Of a stretch of 64,000 bases of DNA, positions 52,756-64,000 are shown in pieces; position 1 is the stretch's first letter, and every line of letters starts with the position of its first letter. The stretch comes from Octopus vulgaris (lineage: Eukaryota): the NCBI GenBank assembly GCA_951406725.2, contig OX597827.1, forward strand, positions 61,008,001-61,072,000, in the 5' to 3' direction. The notes beneath the pieces are model-generated. The model had not been told where the DNA came from. It made no database searches and worked only from the letters and a program-made list of their open reading frames with translations. The position numbers and the translations under genes were made by a program.

Positions 52756-54242
52756 ATGAGAAAAAAGATACCCTGTGGCCATAAACTGAGGGATCACTCA
52801 TAAACACAGCTGGATAACAAAACCGTTCTGTCTTTAGTGTCCACCCATAATTACCACTGCACACACTATTCATGTACAACCCCAAAAAATAACAAATTAT
52901 GCTTCAGTGTCAGAAAGAGCATATGTGTGAATGAAACTGTATGAGCAGGGAGAGAGTGAAATGACTCTGAAACCTTTAAAGTAAAGGACTTTTGGGCATG
53001 AATGGATACACTTTGCCTCTAATAGTATTTTAAATGAAGGGCTGATTATGTATGTAAGAGTGTATGTGTGTGTGTGTGCATGTACATATATATAGGTGTA
53101 TCATCATCATTTAACATCTGATCTCTGTGATGCTGCCATGGGTTGGATAGCTTGGCAGGAACTGGCAAGTTGGAGGGGTGCACCAGTCATCTGTTTTGGC
53201 ATGGTTTCTATGGCTGGATGCCCTCCCTAATACCAACAACTTCACAGGGTGTACTGTACTGGGTGCTTTGTATGTAGCACCAGCACAGGTGTTATCTACA
53301 TGGCACTGGCACTATATATCACTGTTGTCAAAAGTTTAACATACACTGCATGCTTAGACATGCTGGATGTTACTGAAGCAGGTCCTTTACAGCCAGATGA
53401 CCTTCTTGATGCCAAATTTCACCTGTTTCTAAGAAACATAATCAAGGTAATATTTTCTCATGGCCAGGAATGTTTTTGGAGAATACTGGAAATGGATGAC
53501 ATTCACTTTCAACAATCGTGTGTGTGTTCTAAGAATTGACCCCACTTCAGCTGTAGTAACATTTGTCCCTCCAAAAACAACATGAAAATCCATGCAATGA
53601 AGTACCTTCCTTGAATAAAAGCAAATAAAAACTGGCAACAAGAAAGTATCTGGCCATAAGAATACTGCCTCAAGACTTCTTGCCCACCCATGCCAGCATA
53701 GTAAAAGCAAGTGTAATGATGATGAGGGAAAAACTGGCCAAATAAAAGGTAAAGACCACCTTCGGTCATGAATGACAATGGGATTGCACCTAGTAAATTC
53801 TCTTCAAAGGCACAAGTTTGGGAAAGGTTGTTTATGGAAGACCAGTAGTCGCCTATGCACCACTGATATTATCCAAGAGAGAGGCAAAGGCTGATGCAGC
53901 TTGGCACCAGTGACATTGCAACTCATTTCTATAGCTGAGGGAACTGGAGCAATGTGAAATAAAGTGCCTTGCTCAAGAACACACAGCCTGGTCTGGGAAT
54001 CGAACTCACTACCTCATGATTGTAAGCCTGATGCTCTAACCACTGAGCCATGTGCCTTCACAAAAAAAGTTCCCAGAAGGCAGCAATGGGACCGTACCCC
54101 TCAGATGATGGCCAAATGCTCTAACCATTAAGCTAACTCAAGGATATTACAATATACAAAAAAAAAATTTTTTTTACAACAGCACAAAAGCAGAAAACAA
54201 CATAAAATTAAGCCAAAAGATCTAAAAAAGAAACCAACTTAC

Positions 54243-56118
54243 AGAGATCTGTTGGGCATAGGCTGATTCTTGGCTATGCCAGAATTTTCTTGGGCCCAGG
54301 CTGAATTATCTCGAGGAGGAAAGCAGCCAAACTGATTTTCAGAAGATTGCCTATTAGGCGAAGGCTCTCTCCTCCTCTGTGATGTGAACCCGTATGGCTC
54401 GACATTTTCCATTTCACGGGGTCCCATCCTATTGTCACCAGGATCCAACATTGGCCTGTTTTGGTTTGGAGGTCCACGTGGGGGTCCCTGATTAAACCCT
54501 GGGCCAAAAGGTGGGCCCTGATTGAAACGGGGCCCACCTCTTGGTCCTTGGTTGAAATTAAAACCTGGAGGTCCTCGTCCAAAACCACGGTCGTCTGGAG
54601 GTGGACCACGGGGAAAACCTGGAAATTGAGGGTTCTGATTGGGTCCTTGGGTACGCATATCAGAGTCCATGAAACTATAATTTTTATTCATTCCTTGCCT
54701 TTCAACATTATGATCAGACTCTTCGTTACGCATGCCATATCGACCCCCTTGGCCTGGGCCCATGGGAAACTGAGATCCTTCAAACTGGTTTCTTGAGCTG
54801 TCAAAGCGATTCGGTCCACCAAATCTGTTGTTATTGGCACCAGGAGGTCCAATATCCATGCTTGTATCCTTGTCTTTATTAAAGTCCTGGCTGCTGAAAT
54901 TACTCTGAGTAGGGTCTTTGGGAGTGTCAACACTAGGTGTTTTTGCATTGTCTTTAACAGGGGATTTTGACTCTTCTGCACCTTTGCCAGTCTGACCACC
55001 ACCACCACCAGTGGCTTTAGGGGCTTGTTGTTTACTGTCTGCCTCAATGTTCCCCCCTCTTGCTCCACCTCCTACCCCAACACCTCCTTTTACTGCTTCA
55101 TTTCCTCCTCCTTTTACATTATCACTACCTGCCCCTAATGCCACTCCAGGCCCCCCCTTTGTCCCATCAGTCCCTACTCCCAGTAACCCTCTGGGACTAG
55201 CCTCTCCTGCCTTCCCAGGACCTGCTACACGCCCTGCCCCAGGACTAGCCTCTCCTGCCTTCCCACCACCTACTCCACGCCCTGCTCCGGGACTGGCTCC
55301 TGCTGCAGCCATCCCAGCACCTACACCTTGCCCTACCCCCGAACTGGCCCCTCCTCCTCCTCTTCCTACTCCTGTACCACCTCCTCCTGTCAATCCAGCA
55401 CCTATTCCTCCTCCTGTGCCTACACCTCCTGCTGCCCCTGCACCTACTCCTACCCCACCCCCTAATCCTCCAGCTATCCCAGCACCTACATTTCGTCCTA
55501 CCCCAGTATTGCCAACCCCTACTGCACCACTAACTCCTCCTCGTCCTGCCCAAGAACCCCCTCCTCCTCCCCCTAAAATCCCAACCCCTCGTCCCCAACC
55601 ACCAACCCCTCCTCCTGCTGCACCACCACTTCCTAAAATCCCAGGGCCGCCTCCTCCATTTCCTAAAATCCCAGGGCCTCCTCCTCCTCCACTTCCTAAA
55701 ATCCCAGGGCCTCCTCCTCCGCTTCCTAAAATCCCAGCACCAGTACCTCTTACCATCCCTGCACCTCCTCCGCTTCCTGCTGCTCCTAAAATTCCTGCAC
55801 GCCCTCCTCCTCCTCCACCACCACCACCTCCTCCTCCTCCAGGCCATGCACCTCCTCCAGCAGTTCCACCACCAATTCCAACTCTACCTCCCATGCCACC
55901 GCCCTGGAAGTTTTGGTTGGACTTAAGATACTGGGCATCTCTGTTACTGGTGAAAGAGGTGTCAAATCTCTGAGGAGTATTCTGGAAGTTTGAATTGCCC
56001 CTGTTAAGTTCAATCTGGTGCTTCCGGTTCTGTATATCTCTCCTCTTCATTGCCATTTTGGCTTCAATTTCGAGAAACTGATTTTCATACTGCTTGAATT
56101 GTTGTCGATCTGGGTGAT
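54243..56118 (-). CDS. YLPM1: YLPM1 large coding exon with Gly-rich tandem repeats and GPP/FNQ repeats
   Basis: ttctgtccgcag|ATCACCCA ... AGATCTCT|gtaagt; 1876 nt, phase 1->2. Corresponds to ORF 54239..56140 (633 aa). Confidence 0.9.
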
Positions 56119-56710
56119 CTGCGGACAGAAAAAAGATCATTTTAAATTCAAATTTAAAAAAAAAAGCGGGGGTGGTGGTAAAAATAGACTATCAGACAAA
56201 ATACCTATTTCTTTACTACCCACAAGGGGCTAAACACAGAGGGGACGAACAAGGACAGACAAACGGATTAAGTCGATTATATCGACTCCAGTGCGTAACT
56301 GGTACTTATTTAATCAACCCCGAAAGGATGAAAGGCAAAGTCGACCTTGGCGGAATTTGAACTCAGAATGTAACGGCAGACGAAATACTGATAAGCATTT
56401 CGTCCGGCGTGCTAACATTTCTGCCAGCTCGCCACCTTATCAGACAAAATAATTTGCTGTATTTACTTACATCCTGTAAAATTCAAAGGGGTTCTAATCC
56501 TGCCCAGGTTCTGAAGTTGATGAAATAAGTACAGCTAGTATGTGATAGTTGATGTAATACCACTATGAACTGAGCCATGTTCCTTAACCTGTGTAAACAC
56601 CCTTGGGAAAATGGGTGCTGTGAGCACACAAGGGGGCAGGATAGCTAAGGGTGTTACTGGGAACATAGAGGGCTAGGCATGTATTTTCTTTCTGTTTTTT
56701 TAATATATTT

Positions 56711-56767
56711 AAACTCCTCTTCTTTCACAGCTGCATCAAGCCGGTCATCCAGGTTATAGCCTAAATC
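56711..56767 (-). pseudogene. Decayed intronic copy of part of YLPM1 exon 58118-58264
   Basis: Aligns to 58176-58235 with 50/57 identities and one 3-nt deletion (hand alignment). Confidence 0.8.
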
Positions 56768-57654
56768 TGTTCCTACCCATCTCCTCTACCCATGTTCACT
56801 CACTGCATTCCCCTCCACATCCACCCCCCTTTTGCTCTCTTTCAAACTCACTCTAACTAAATTTTCTGTTATACTTCACTTAACTTGAGGATACACCCTG
56901 TGACATCTCTCTTTTTTTCCACCTGGGGTACTTATGTATCTCAATACTACTTTCCACTCATTCAAAGAGTACTTCTCCTGCAAGTTACTTGCTGACCTTG
57001 CTGGTGCCGTATTAAAAGCAATCTATACAATCTGTAAAGTTGCTGGTGTTAGGAAGGGCATCCAGCCATAGAAACCATGCCAAAGTAGAAAGTGTATCTT
57101 GGTACAGTCCCCTGGCTTGCCAGCTCCTGTCAAACCATCCAACTCATGCTAACAGGGAAAGCTGATGTTATAAGGATGGTGATGATCATCATTATAATGA
57201 ACTCTAGCAAAATCTGCATTTTTTTTAATGCATTTTCAAAAAGAAAAAAAAGGGAATTTGCTGAGGTCAGAATATGAATGGGACGACATTGTGTAATCAG
57301 TGGACAGAAAGATGACTGGTGAGGTTCCAATATCATCAGTACCACCATCATCATCATCATTGCATCTGCAAGAAAACTGGAAAATCAGTAGTTTACAATC
57401 TAAGCCCCTTGAGATATTTGCTCTGGACTGAGTTGCAAACACACCACACCTGCTATTAGAAATCCAATGAACAAGGGATTAGTTGTTACTGTACTCAGTT
57501 CTATAAGCTGCAAACTATAACTAGTACGGCTTTGATTGTCTAACAAGTGATCAGCAGAAACTTTATATGACTGAGTTGGATTGCTACTTATTAATAAATT
57601 CAGCTTTATCTTCAGACACTCTAAAAAAAAAACCCACAAAAAACACGATAACTA

Positions 57655-57965
57655 TCATCATCATCATCATCATCATTTAACGTCCGCTTTCCATGCTAGC
57701 ATGGGTTGGACGGTTCAACTGGTCTGGGGAGCCCGAAGGCTGCACCAGGCCAGTCAGATCTGGCAGTGTTTCTACAGCTGGATGCCCTTCCTAACGCCAA
57801 CCACTCCGAGAGTGTAGTGGGTGATTTTATGTGCCACCGACACAGGTGCCAGACGAGGCTGGCAAACGGCCACGCTCGGATGGTGTTTTTTATGTGCCAC
57901 CGACACAGGTGCCAGACGAGGCTGGCAGACGGCCACGCTCGGATGGTGTTTTTATGTGCCACCGA
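57655..57965 (-). mobile_element. Repeat family D (RTE-related SINE-like, (GAT)n tail; others: 5458-5840 -, 20322-20850 -, 38700-39075 +, 44790-45160 +, 47000-47135 +)
   Basis: Shared ggttggcgttaggaagggcatccagctgtagaaac...ccatgctagcatggaaagcggacgttaaa(t/c)gatgatg, with a variable internal ~60-bp subrepeat. Confidence 0.8.
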
Positions 57966-58117
57966 CAATGAACAAATTATCTCATCCATAAAGCATCAGG
58001 GATGGAAAATTAATATATTAGGATGTAATATTTATCTCCACTTAAATGTAGAATTACCATCAGAGACAGGAGATGGAATGAAAAGAGGAGAGCGAGAGAA
58101 GCACTAGACTGACTTAC

Positions 58118-58264
58118 CTTTGTTTTGAATCCGCCACTCATCGTACTGTTTCTTCCAGTCATTGTACTGACGCTCAAACTCCTCCTCTTCTTTCACAACT
58201 GCATGAAGCTGGTCATCCCGGTTATAACCAGAATCCATCTTGTATGGTGTAACTCCAGCAAAAT
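58118..58264 (-). CDS. YLPM1: YLPM1 coding exon (Trp-containing helical segment)
   Basis: ttttgacag|ATTTTGCT ... AACAAAG|gtaagt; 147 nt, phase 1->1. Encodes DFAGVTPYKMDSGYNRDDQLHAVVKEEEEFERQYNDWKKQYDEWRIQNK, joining HPDRQQFKQYENQF of the next exon. Matches the YLPM1 'F..W..+F..W....HP....YE..W' pattern. Not called in this frame by the ORF track. Confidence 0.9.
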
Positions 58265-58426
58265 CTGTCAAAAGAAAATCATTTATTTATGTAAATATAT
58301 ATTATAGTGAGAGAAGGTAGGGGGGTCAAAGAAGTTCAAGCAACTAGTTCAATGATTACTCCATGTGAAAAAACCTGGCTAAGAGAACGTTAAGGAAGGA
58401 AAACCAGAAACCATACTCATTTAATA

Positions 58427-58836
58427 GGCGCAGGAGTGGCTGTGTGGTAAGTAGCTTGCTAACCAACCACATGGTTCCGGGTTCAGTCCCACTGCGTGAC
58501 ATCTTGGGCAAGTGTCTTCTGCTATAGCCCCAGGCCGACCAATGCCTTGTGAGTGGATTTGGTAGACGGAAACTGAAAGAAGCCTGTCGTATATGTATAT
58601 ATATGTATGTGTGTGTGTGTTTGTGTGTCTGTGTTTGTCCCTCTAGCATTGCTTGACAACCGATGCTGGTGTGTTTACGTCCCCGTCACTTAGCGGTTCG
58701 GCAAAAGAGACCGATAGAATAAGTACTGGGCTTACAAAGAATAAGTCCCGGGGTCGAGTTGCTCGACTAAAGGCGGTGCTCCAGCATGGCCGCAGTCAAA
58801 TGACTGAAACAAATAAAAGAGTAAAAGAGTAAAGAG
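58427..58836 (+). mobile_element. tRNA-derived SINE family A, full-length young copy (others: 4356-4744 -, 42278-42650 -, 14515-14905 -, 41514-41880 +, 24760-24960 +, plus many fragments)
   Basis: A box TGGCTGTGTGG, B box GGTTCAGTCCC, CORE-like ttgggcaagtgtctt, internal (TA)/(TG) microsatellite, tail ...gactgaaacaa(g)taaaagag. Several copies are near-identical. Confidence 0.9.
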
Positions 58837-60227
58837 ATATTCCATACAAACTGTAAATCCTAGAAAATTCGTCAATTAATCAGTTGTTATAGCAACCTCA
58901 AATAAAGTTATATACCATCATCTTTATTCCTTTCTGTTTCATTATGCACACACACACACTAGCAGGCTTCCACATAGTTTCCATCTACCAAATTCACTCA
59001 CAAGGAATTGGCTGACTCAGGGCTTCAGTAGAAGACACATACCCAAGGTGCTGTGCAGTGGGGCCAAACCTGAAACCACATGGTTGCAAAGCAAACTTCT
59101 AAACCACACACCTTGTACACATACCTGTACCTGCATAATCCCTTTTGCATCTGCTTTCCATGCTGGCATGTGTTGAACAGGTTATCATGATCTTAATATA
59201 TTTGTTACTGGGAGCTGTCTTTCATAGACTGGTGCATGTATATCATTTTGGTTTGGTTTCTGTGAGTGGATGCCCTTTTCATTAACAACTTGACAGAGGG
59301 TACTGGGTGCATTTTATCATGGCATCAGTACAAAAGAGGTTAATATGTCTTCAGTGAGAGAGGACTAAAGGAACCTCACAACCCTATGCTTTCTGACTTC
59401 ACCTGCCATCCACTTTACAGTGAATACTAAGTACATTTTCCAACCACTCACACTAAGGAAGGTTGTCAAGACCTTAGTGAAACAAACTTAAGGCACCTTT
59501 CAATCCTACTTAACTTCTGCTCACTCACCAATCACTCTGTTGGGTGCACAGGTAGGAGTAGGCACCAGCACAGGTGAGAGGGTGCTCTTATCTTTATACA
59601 CTGAAAGTACATATATCTTTTATCTTTTACTTGTTTCAGCCATTGGACTGTGGCCAAGCCAGGGTGCTGCTTTGAAGGGTTTAGGTTGAAATCAACCCCA
59701 GTACTTATTTTTCAAAATCTGGTACTTACTCTATTGGTCTCTTTTGCCAAACCATTAAGTTGCAGGGACATGAACAAATCGACACTGGTTGTCAAGCAGT
59801 GGAGGAGATGGAGGGGACAAACACACAAAAGGACACGTGCTTCTACACAATTTCCATCTCCGAAATTCACTCACAAGATGCCATGCAACAGACTGAATCT
59901 GAAACCACGCAGCTGCAAAGCAAGCTTCATAACCACCATCATCGTTTTAAATTTGTCTTCCGTGCTGGCATGGGTTGGAGAGCTTGACAGCAGCTGGTCA
60001 ACCAAAGAAGAAGAGGCAGAGGTTTGACGGTTTGACAGGAGCTAGCCAACCAGAAGCTGTGCAGACTCCAATTGTCTGTTGTGACATGGTTTCTATGGCT
60101 GGATGCCCTTCCTAATGCCAACCACTTTACAAAGCCAATGATTATATATTTAATTGTCATGCCTAGAATGATAATTTACCAACAAACAAAAGGTTAATAT
60201 ATTCTAAACATTGAAAGTCTTCTTACA

Positions 60228-60942
60228 GATCTTTACCTTTTGACCAACAGATTTTAAAAAATAATTTTTTGTAACTAAACACTTTCAAACTTCGTATACT
60301 TGTAGAATGTGTCACATAAAAGATCCTTTACTCTTGGCATTGTTGAGAAAATTCTGTATTTTGGAAGTTATTTTTTGTTAAAGTTGTCGTATTTCGGTAA
60401 TTTCAACCAATCATTGACGTGTATTCAGTTGAATAAAATTACTGCCATTGTTTGTCAACAACAACTTCCGGCGCTGTATATTTCGCTTATCACTATTATT
60501 TGTGACATAGTTCGTGTGTTTGTACTGGTTTTAGCTTTAGCGGGTTAGGGTTTTAGGGTTAGAGAAAAAAATGAAAAATGAAGCACGAACGATTATGGTG
60601 GTGCCATGAAGTAAACATGCTTCAGATACACTCGTTTATTCATACGAAGGTAACTGAGATTAAATATGTCATAAATAACAGTGACAAATGAAACATACAG
60701 CACCGGAAGTTGTTGACAAACAACAGCAGTAATTTTATTCAGCTGAATACACATCAATGATTGGTTGAAATTACCGAAATACGACAACTTTAACAAAAAA
60801 TAACTTTCAAAATACAGAATTTTCTCAACGATGCCAAAAGTAAAAGATGTTTTATGTGACACATTCTACCTGTATACAAAGTTTGAAAGTGTTTAGTTAC
60901 AAAAAATTATTTTTTAAATCTGTCGGTCAAAAGGTAAAGATC
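60228..60942. mobile_element. Foldback/MITE with about 285-bp inverted arms and a central TTAGGG-like tract
   Basis: 60228-60512 is the reverse complement of 60662-60942, giving mirror ORFs 60309+ and 60593- in the ORF track. The loop contains gggttagggttttagggttag. No TSD identified, so the superfamily is unassigned. Confidence 0.92.
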
Positions 60943-60977
60943 CCATAATGCAAAGAAATAATCAGAGAAGTAAATAC

Positions 60978-61479
60978 CTTTATCTTTTGGAGCTGTAGGT
61001 TTGTTCCAGACTGGAGCAGGTTTAGTTGCTACCTTCTCAGCAGCTGTGTTAGAAGGTACTGATCCTGATGTTATTGTCGCCGCGGCTACAATCGATGCTG
61101 CTGTTGCTGTCACTGATGCAGGAGTGTTTGACTGAACTGTAGCCGACACAGGTATGCTTGACTGAACTGTCGATCGGGGAGCCACACTGGGTATAGGAGG
61201 TGGCTTCGTATGCTGAGGGAGAGTGGGTACTGTGACTGGAGGTAGCGGAGGATGGGACGGAGGCAGTGCAGCCATCAGGTCAGCAGCCGGTGGTGTCATG
61301 TATTGGGCAGCAGCCAGCCACATCTGGTGAAACTGCTGCTGCTGTTGGAGCTGAAACTGCAACTGCTGCTGAGCTGCTGCATCATCAATCTGTTTTTTCT
61401 GCTGCTGCCACTGGGCAGCTTGCTGCTTTAGTTTCTCCATTCTTCGTTCCTCTTCTGGGTTTTTAGCAGTCAGTTTTTG
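60978..61479 (-). CDS. YLPM1: YLPM1/ZAP3 internal coding exon (most 5' exon visible; Gln-, Pro- and Ala/Thr-rich)
   Basis: Boundaries ttttgcag|CAAAAA ... GATAAAG|gtattt; 502 nt, phase 0->1. Encodes QKLTAKNPEEERRMEKLKQQAAQWQQQ..., resembling the vertebrate YLPM1 'RLKQLQAAAAHWQQ' segment (from memory). The gene continues upstream beyond the window. Confidence 0.85.
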
Positions 61480-64000
61480 CTGCAAAAATATAAACGTACG
61501 ATATTTGATTGAACCCTCGTGTCATTATATGAAAGAACATTTTGCAAAAGCAAACAAAAATCTTTATCCTCTCTATTCACATATAAATGTTGACTTTGCC
61601 TTTCATTCTTCTGAGGCCAATAAAATAATATCAGTCAAGTTTTAAGCATCTATGGTTAGTTCACAATACACTGTAAGGAGTATGACACCAGTTTCCTGAT
61701 TTTTCTGACATACGTATTCTTCCGGGGACAGGACGCTGGTCTGTAATAGGATTACTCAATTTTACCAGCTGAATGGATGAAATGAAGTGTTTTCTCAAGT
61801 ACCCAACGTGTCACCCAGTTCAAGAATCTAAACCATGCATAATCTTACGATCAGGAGTCCAACACTAACTGCTAAACCATGCACTTCCACTTAATCAGCA
61901 AATCTGAAGCCTTTTGTCTACATCAGAAAACCATAATAAAATATATTACAAAGTATCAAGAAATTATCTACTTAGATTCAGTTCCTGTTCCTGCCCTTCT
62001 TTCTTACTTTAGCCTTTCTACATCTGACACAAAACCACCTCCCTCAATGCTGCATCCCAACTTCAGTTACTGGGTCTTTGTCTTGTGAGCTACTTAGTTA
62101 CTTCACTAGTATTGATGTCACAGAAAAAGCATCCAGTACACTCTGTAAAGTGGTTGACATTAAGGAGAGCATCTAGCTGTAGAAATTGCATGAAATTCAG
62201 ACATTGGAGACCAATGCAACTCTCAGGCTAACCATATCCTGTCGATCCATCCAAACCATGCCAGCATAGAATCGAGATATTAAGTGGCTGATTCAAATAT
62301 ATTATATGTTCAACAGAGTTGGAAAATAGACAAATATCATCATCATTTAACAGCTGTTTTCCATATTAACACAAGTCGGACAGTTTGACAGGATCCAATG
62401 AGCCACAAAGCTACATCAGGCTCTACTGTCAGTTTTGGAATGGTTTCTATACTTAGATACCCTTCCTAATGCCAACCACTTTACAGTGTACTAGGGGCCT
62501 TTGTTACTATTATTATTTTTTTTTTTTTTTTGTGCAATCAGCACTAGAGAGGTTGCTAAGTAACCTGCAAGACAGAAAACAATCAGAGAGAAGAAAAGGA
62601 AAAAAGCTCCCACTACTAAATGGGAAGTGTTTGAGAAGAGATGGCTTTACACGGGATGTTGAAAGGCTAAAGTAAGACAGGACAAGTACAAGTGTCTTAC
62701 TATAGAGGATCATAGCTTCAAAAACTAATTCATTTGCTGAATTTAAGAAAATATATTTAGTGAGTTATATTAACTGTTTTATGACCATTTCTAATGAAAC
62801 AAACTACTTAGGTGTTTCAATTGATTTTGGAAGTCAGGGACTAAATATAATGTTTCTATTAAGCTGATGTTTGGAACATAACTTAAAATGAGCTGTGGTA
62901 CCAGGTCAGTCCTGACTAAGTAGGTATATGATAGATGTTCTGGCAGTACCTCTGCCATCTATTTGTGTATTAAGGACAACATTGTTTGATGTAAAAATAG
63001 TAGGGTATTCGAGGATGATAAGGCTGCTATTTCCAGCAGGTGAAGTGACAAAAATAGCAGATCTTTCTTTTACTCACAGAACAGTGGATCTAAGCAATCA
63101 CATCTAAAGAGTATGCAAACAAAAGTTGCTATTGTTTTGAGAAATTCTAACCAATTCTGTTGGAATAAACAGATATATCTGTTCAATTGTTAGCAAATGG
63201 CCCAGCGCAGCAAATGAGCTGTATTTCTAAATGGTTGGCCTTGTTTAGCACTAGGGAAGCCATTATCTATCCAGCAGACTTATAATCAAAAACATCTAAC
63301 ATGACCACTCTTGATTTTATTTCAGATATTGTCTAGGACAACATTATTCAATGTGTTGTGCCATATTTTGAAGATGGTTGGGTCTAACATCATCATCATT
63401 GTTTAACATCCACTTTCCATGCTGGCATGGGTTGGATGGCTTGACATGGAGCTGGCTAGCAAAGCTGTCCAGATTCTGTCTGTTGTAGTATAGTTTCTAC
63501 AGCAGGATGCCCTTCCTGACACCATCCACCTAACAGAGTGTACTGGGTGCTGCTTATATGCTACCTGCATAGGTGTGTTTACACAGCAGTGGCACTTGAA
63601 AGGATATGCCTGTATGTGTGGAAGTAAATAGATTTAGCTGTTGTTTCTAAATGGTCAAGTAGCTACTGGCTTGGTTTCAACCTGGTCTGTCTGGAATCAT
63701 GCAGTACTTTAACATGCATTGTTTCACTATGCAAGTTGTTAGTTTCTGGGAAAAAACTTACAACTAGAGAAGGAGAGATGCATGAACAATACCTCTCGGA
63801 GCATAGACAGAATTAGAGAAGTCTTACAGGCAGAGGGAAATAGAATATTCCTAAAGGGAAACCTATCCACTGAAAGATACTGACCTGCCTTATGTTCAGA
63901 AGAGGTTCTCAACTGGACAAAAAGCAAAATGATGGTAAAATAATGAAGCAGATGTGAGGTTGGGTGATTGGCTTGGATGGAATAAACAGAGGATACAGGA

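Noticed and set aside
55011-55973. 320-aa proline-rich (formin/extensin-like) ORF on the + strand
   Set aside because: Antisense shadow of the Gly-rich YLPM1 exon (GGN/CCN codons). There are no supporting splice signals or neighbouring exons on the + strand.
60536-60562. Interstitial telomere
   Set aside because: Only about 3 degenerate TTAGGG units, inside the foldback loop.
60309-60862. Pair of paralogous convergent small ORFs (79 and 89 aa)
   Set aside because: They are simply the two arms of an inverted-repeat element.

Overview
This is eukaryotic, AT-rich, repeat-dense animal DNA. The SINE/MITE landscape looks like an Octopus (coleoid cephalopod) genome, recognised from memory and not database-verified. 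One gene dominates: a YLPM1/ZAP3 orthologue (nuclear PP1-binding P-loop kinase-domain protein) on the minus strand. I reconstructed 19 coding exons by hand from 61479 down to the stop at 11011 (about 5.5 kb visible CDS). Every visible junction is GT-AG and phase-consistent, except one whose acceptor falls in a 100-N gap (46623-46722). The 5' exons lie beyond the window. Introns and the 3' flank hold at least four SINE-like families, hAT- and piggyBac-type MITEs, an internally deleted mariner, a Helentron/HINE-like element, and Penelope, RTE and Tx1/L1 remnants. There is no prokaryotic system, CRISPR array, rRNA or genuine tRNA gene. Best leads: (1) a ~285-bp-arm foldback 35 nt from a splice donor, with a third competing arm 8 kb away; (2) a 30-bp minisatellite carrying 11 consensus p53 half-sites; (3) two degenerate hammerhead-ribozyme motifs on the sense strand of introns; (4) a SINE 3' tail shared with a Tx1/L1-like LINE in the same window; (5) a 24-nt symmetric microexon, a stop-containing cryptic exon, and a decayed intronic copy of part of an exon.
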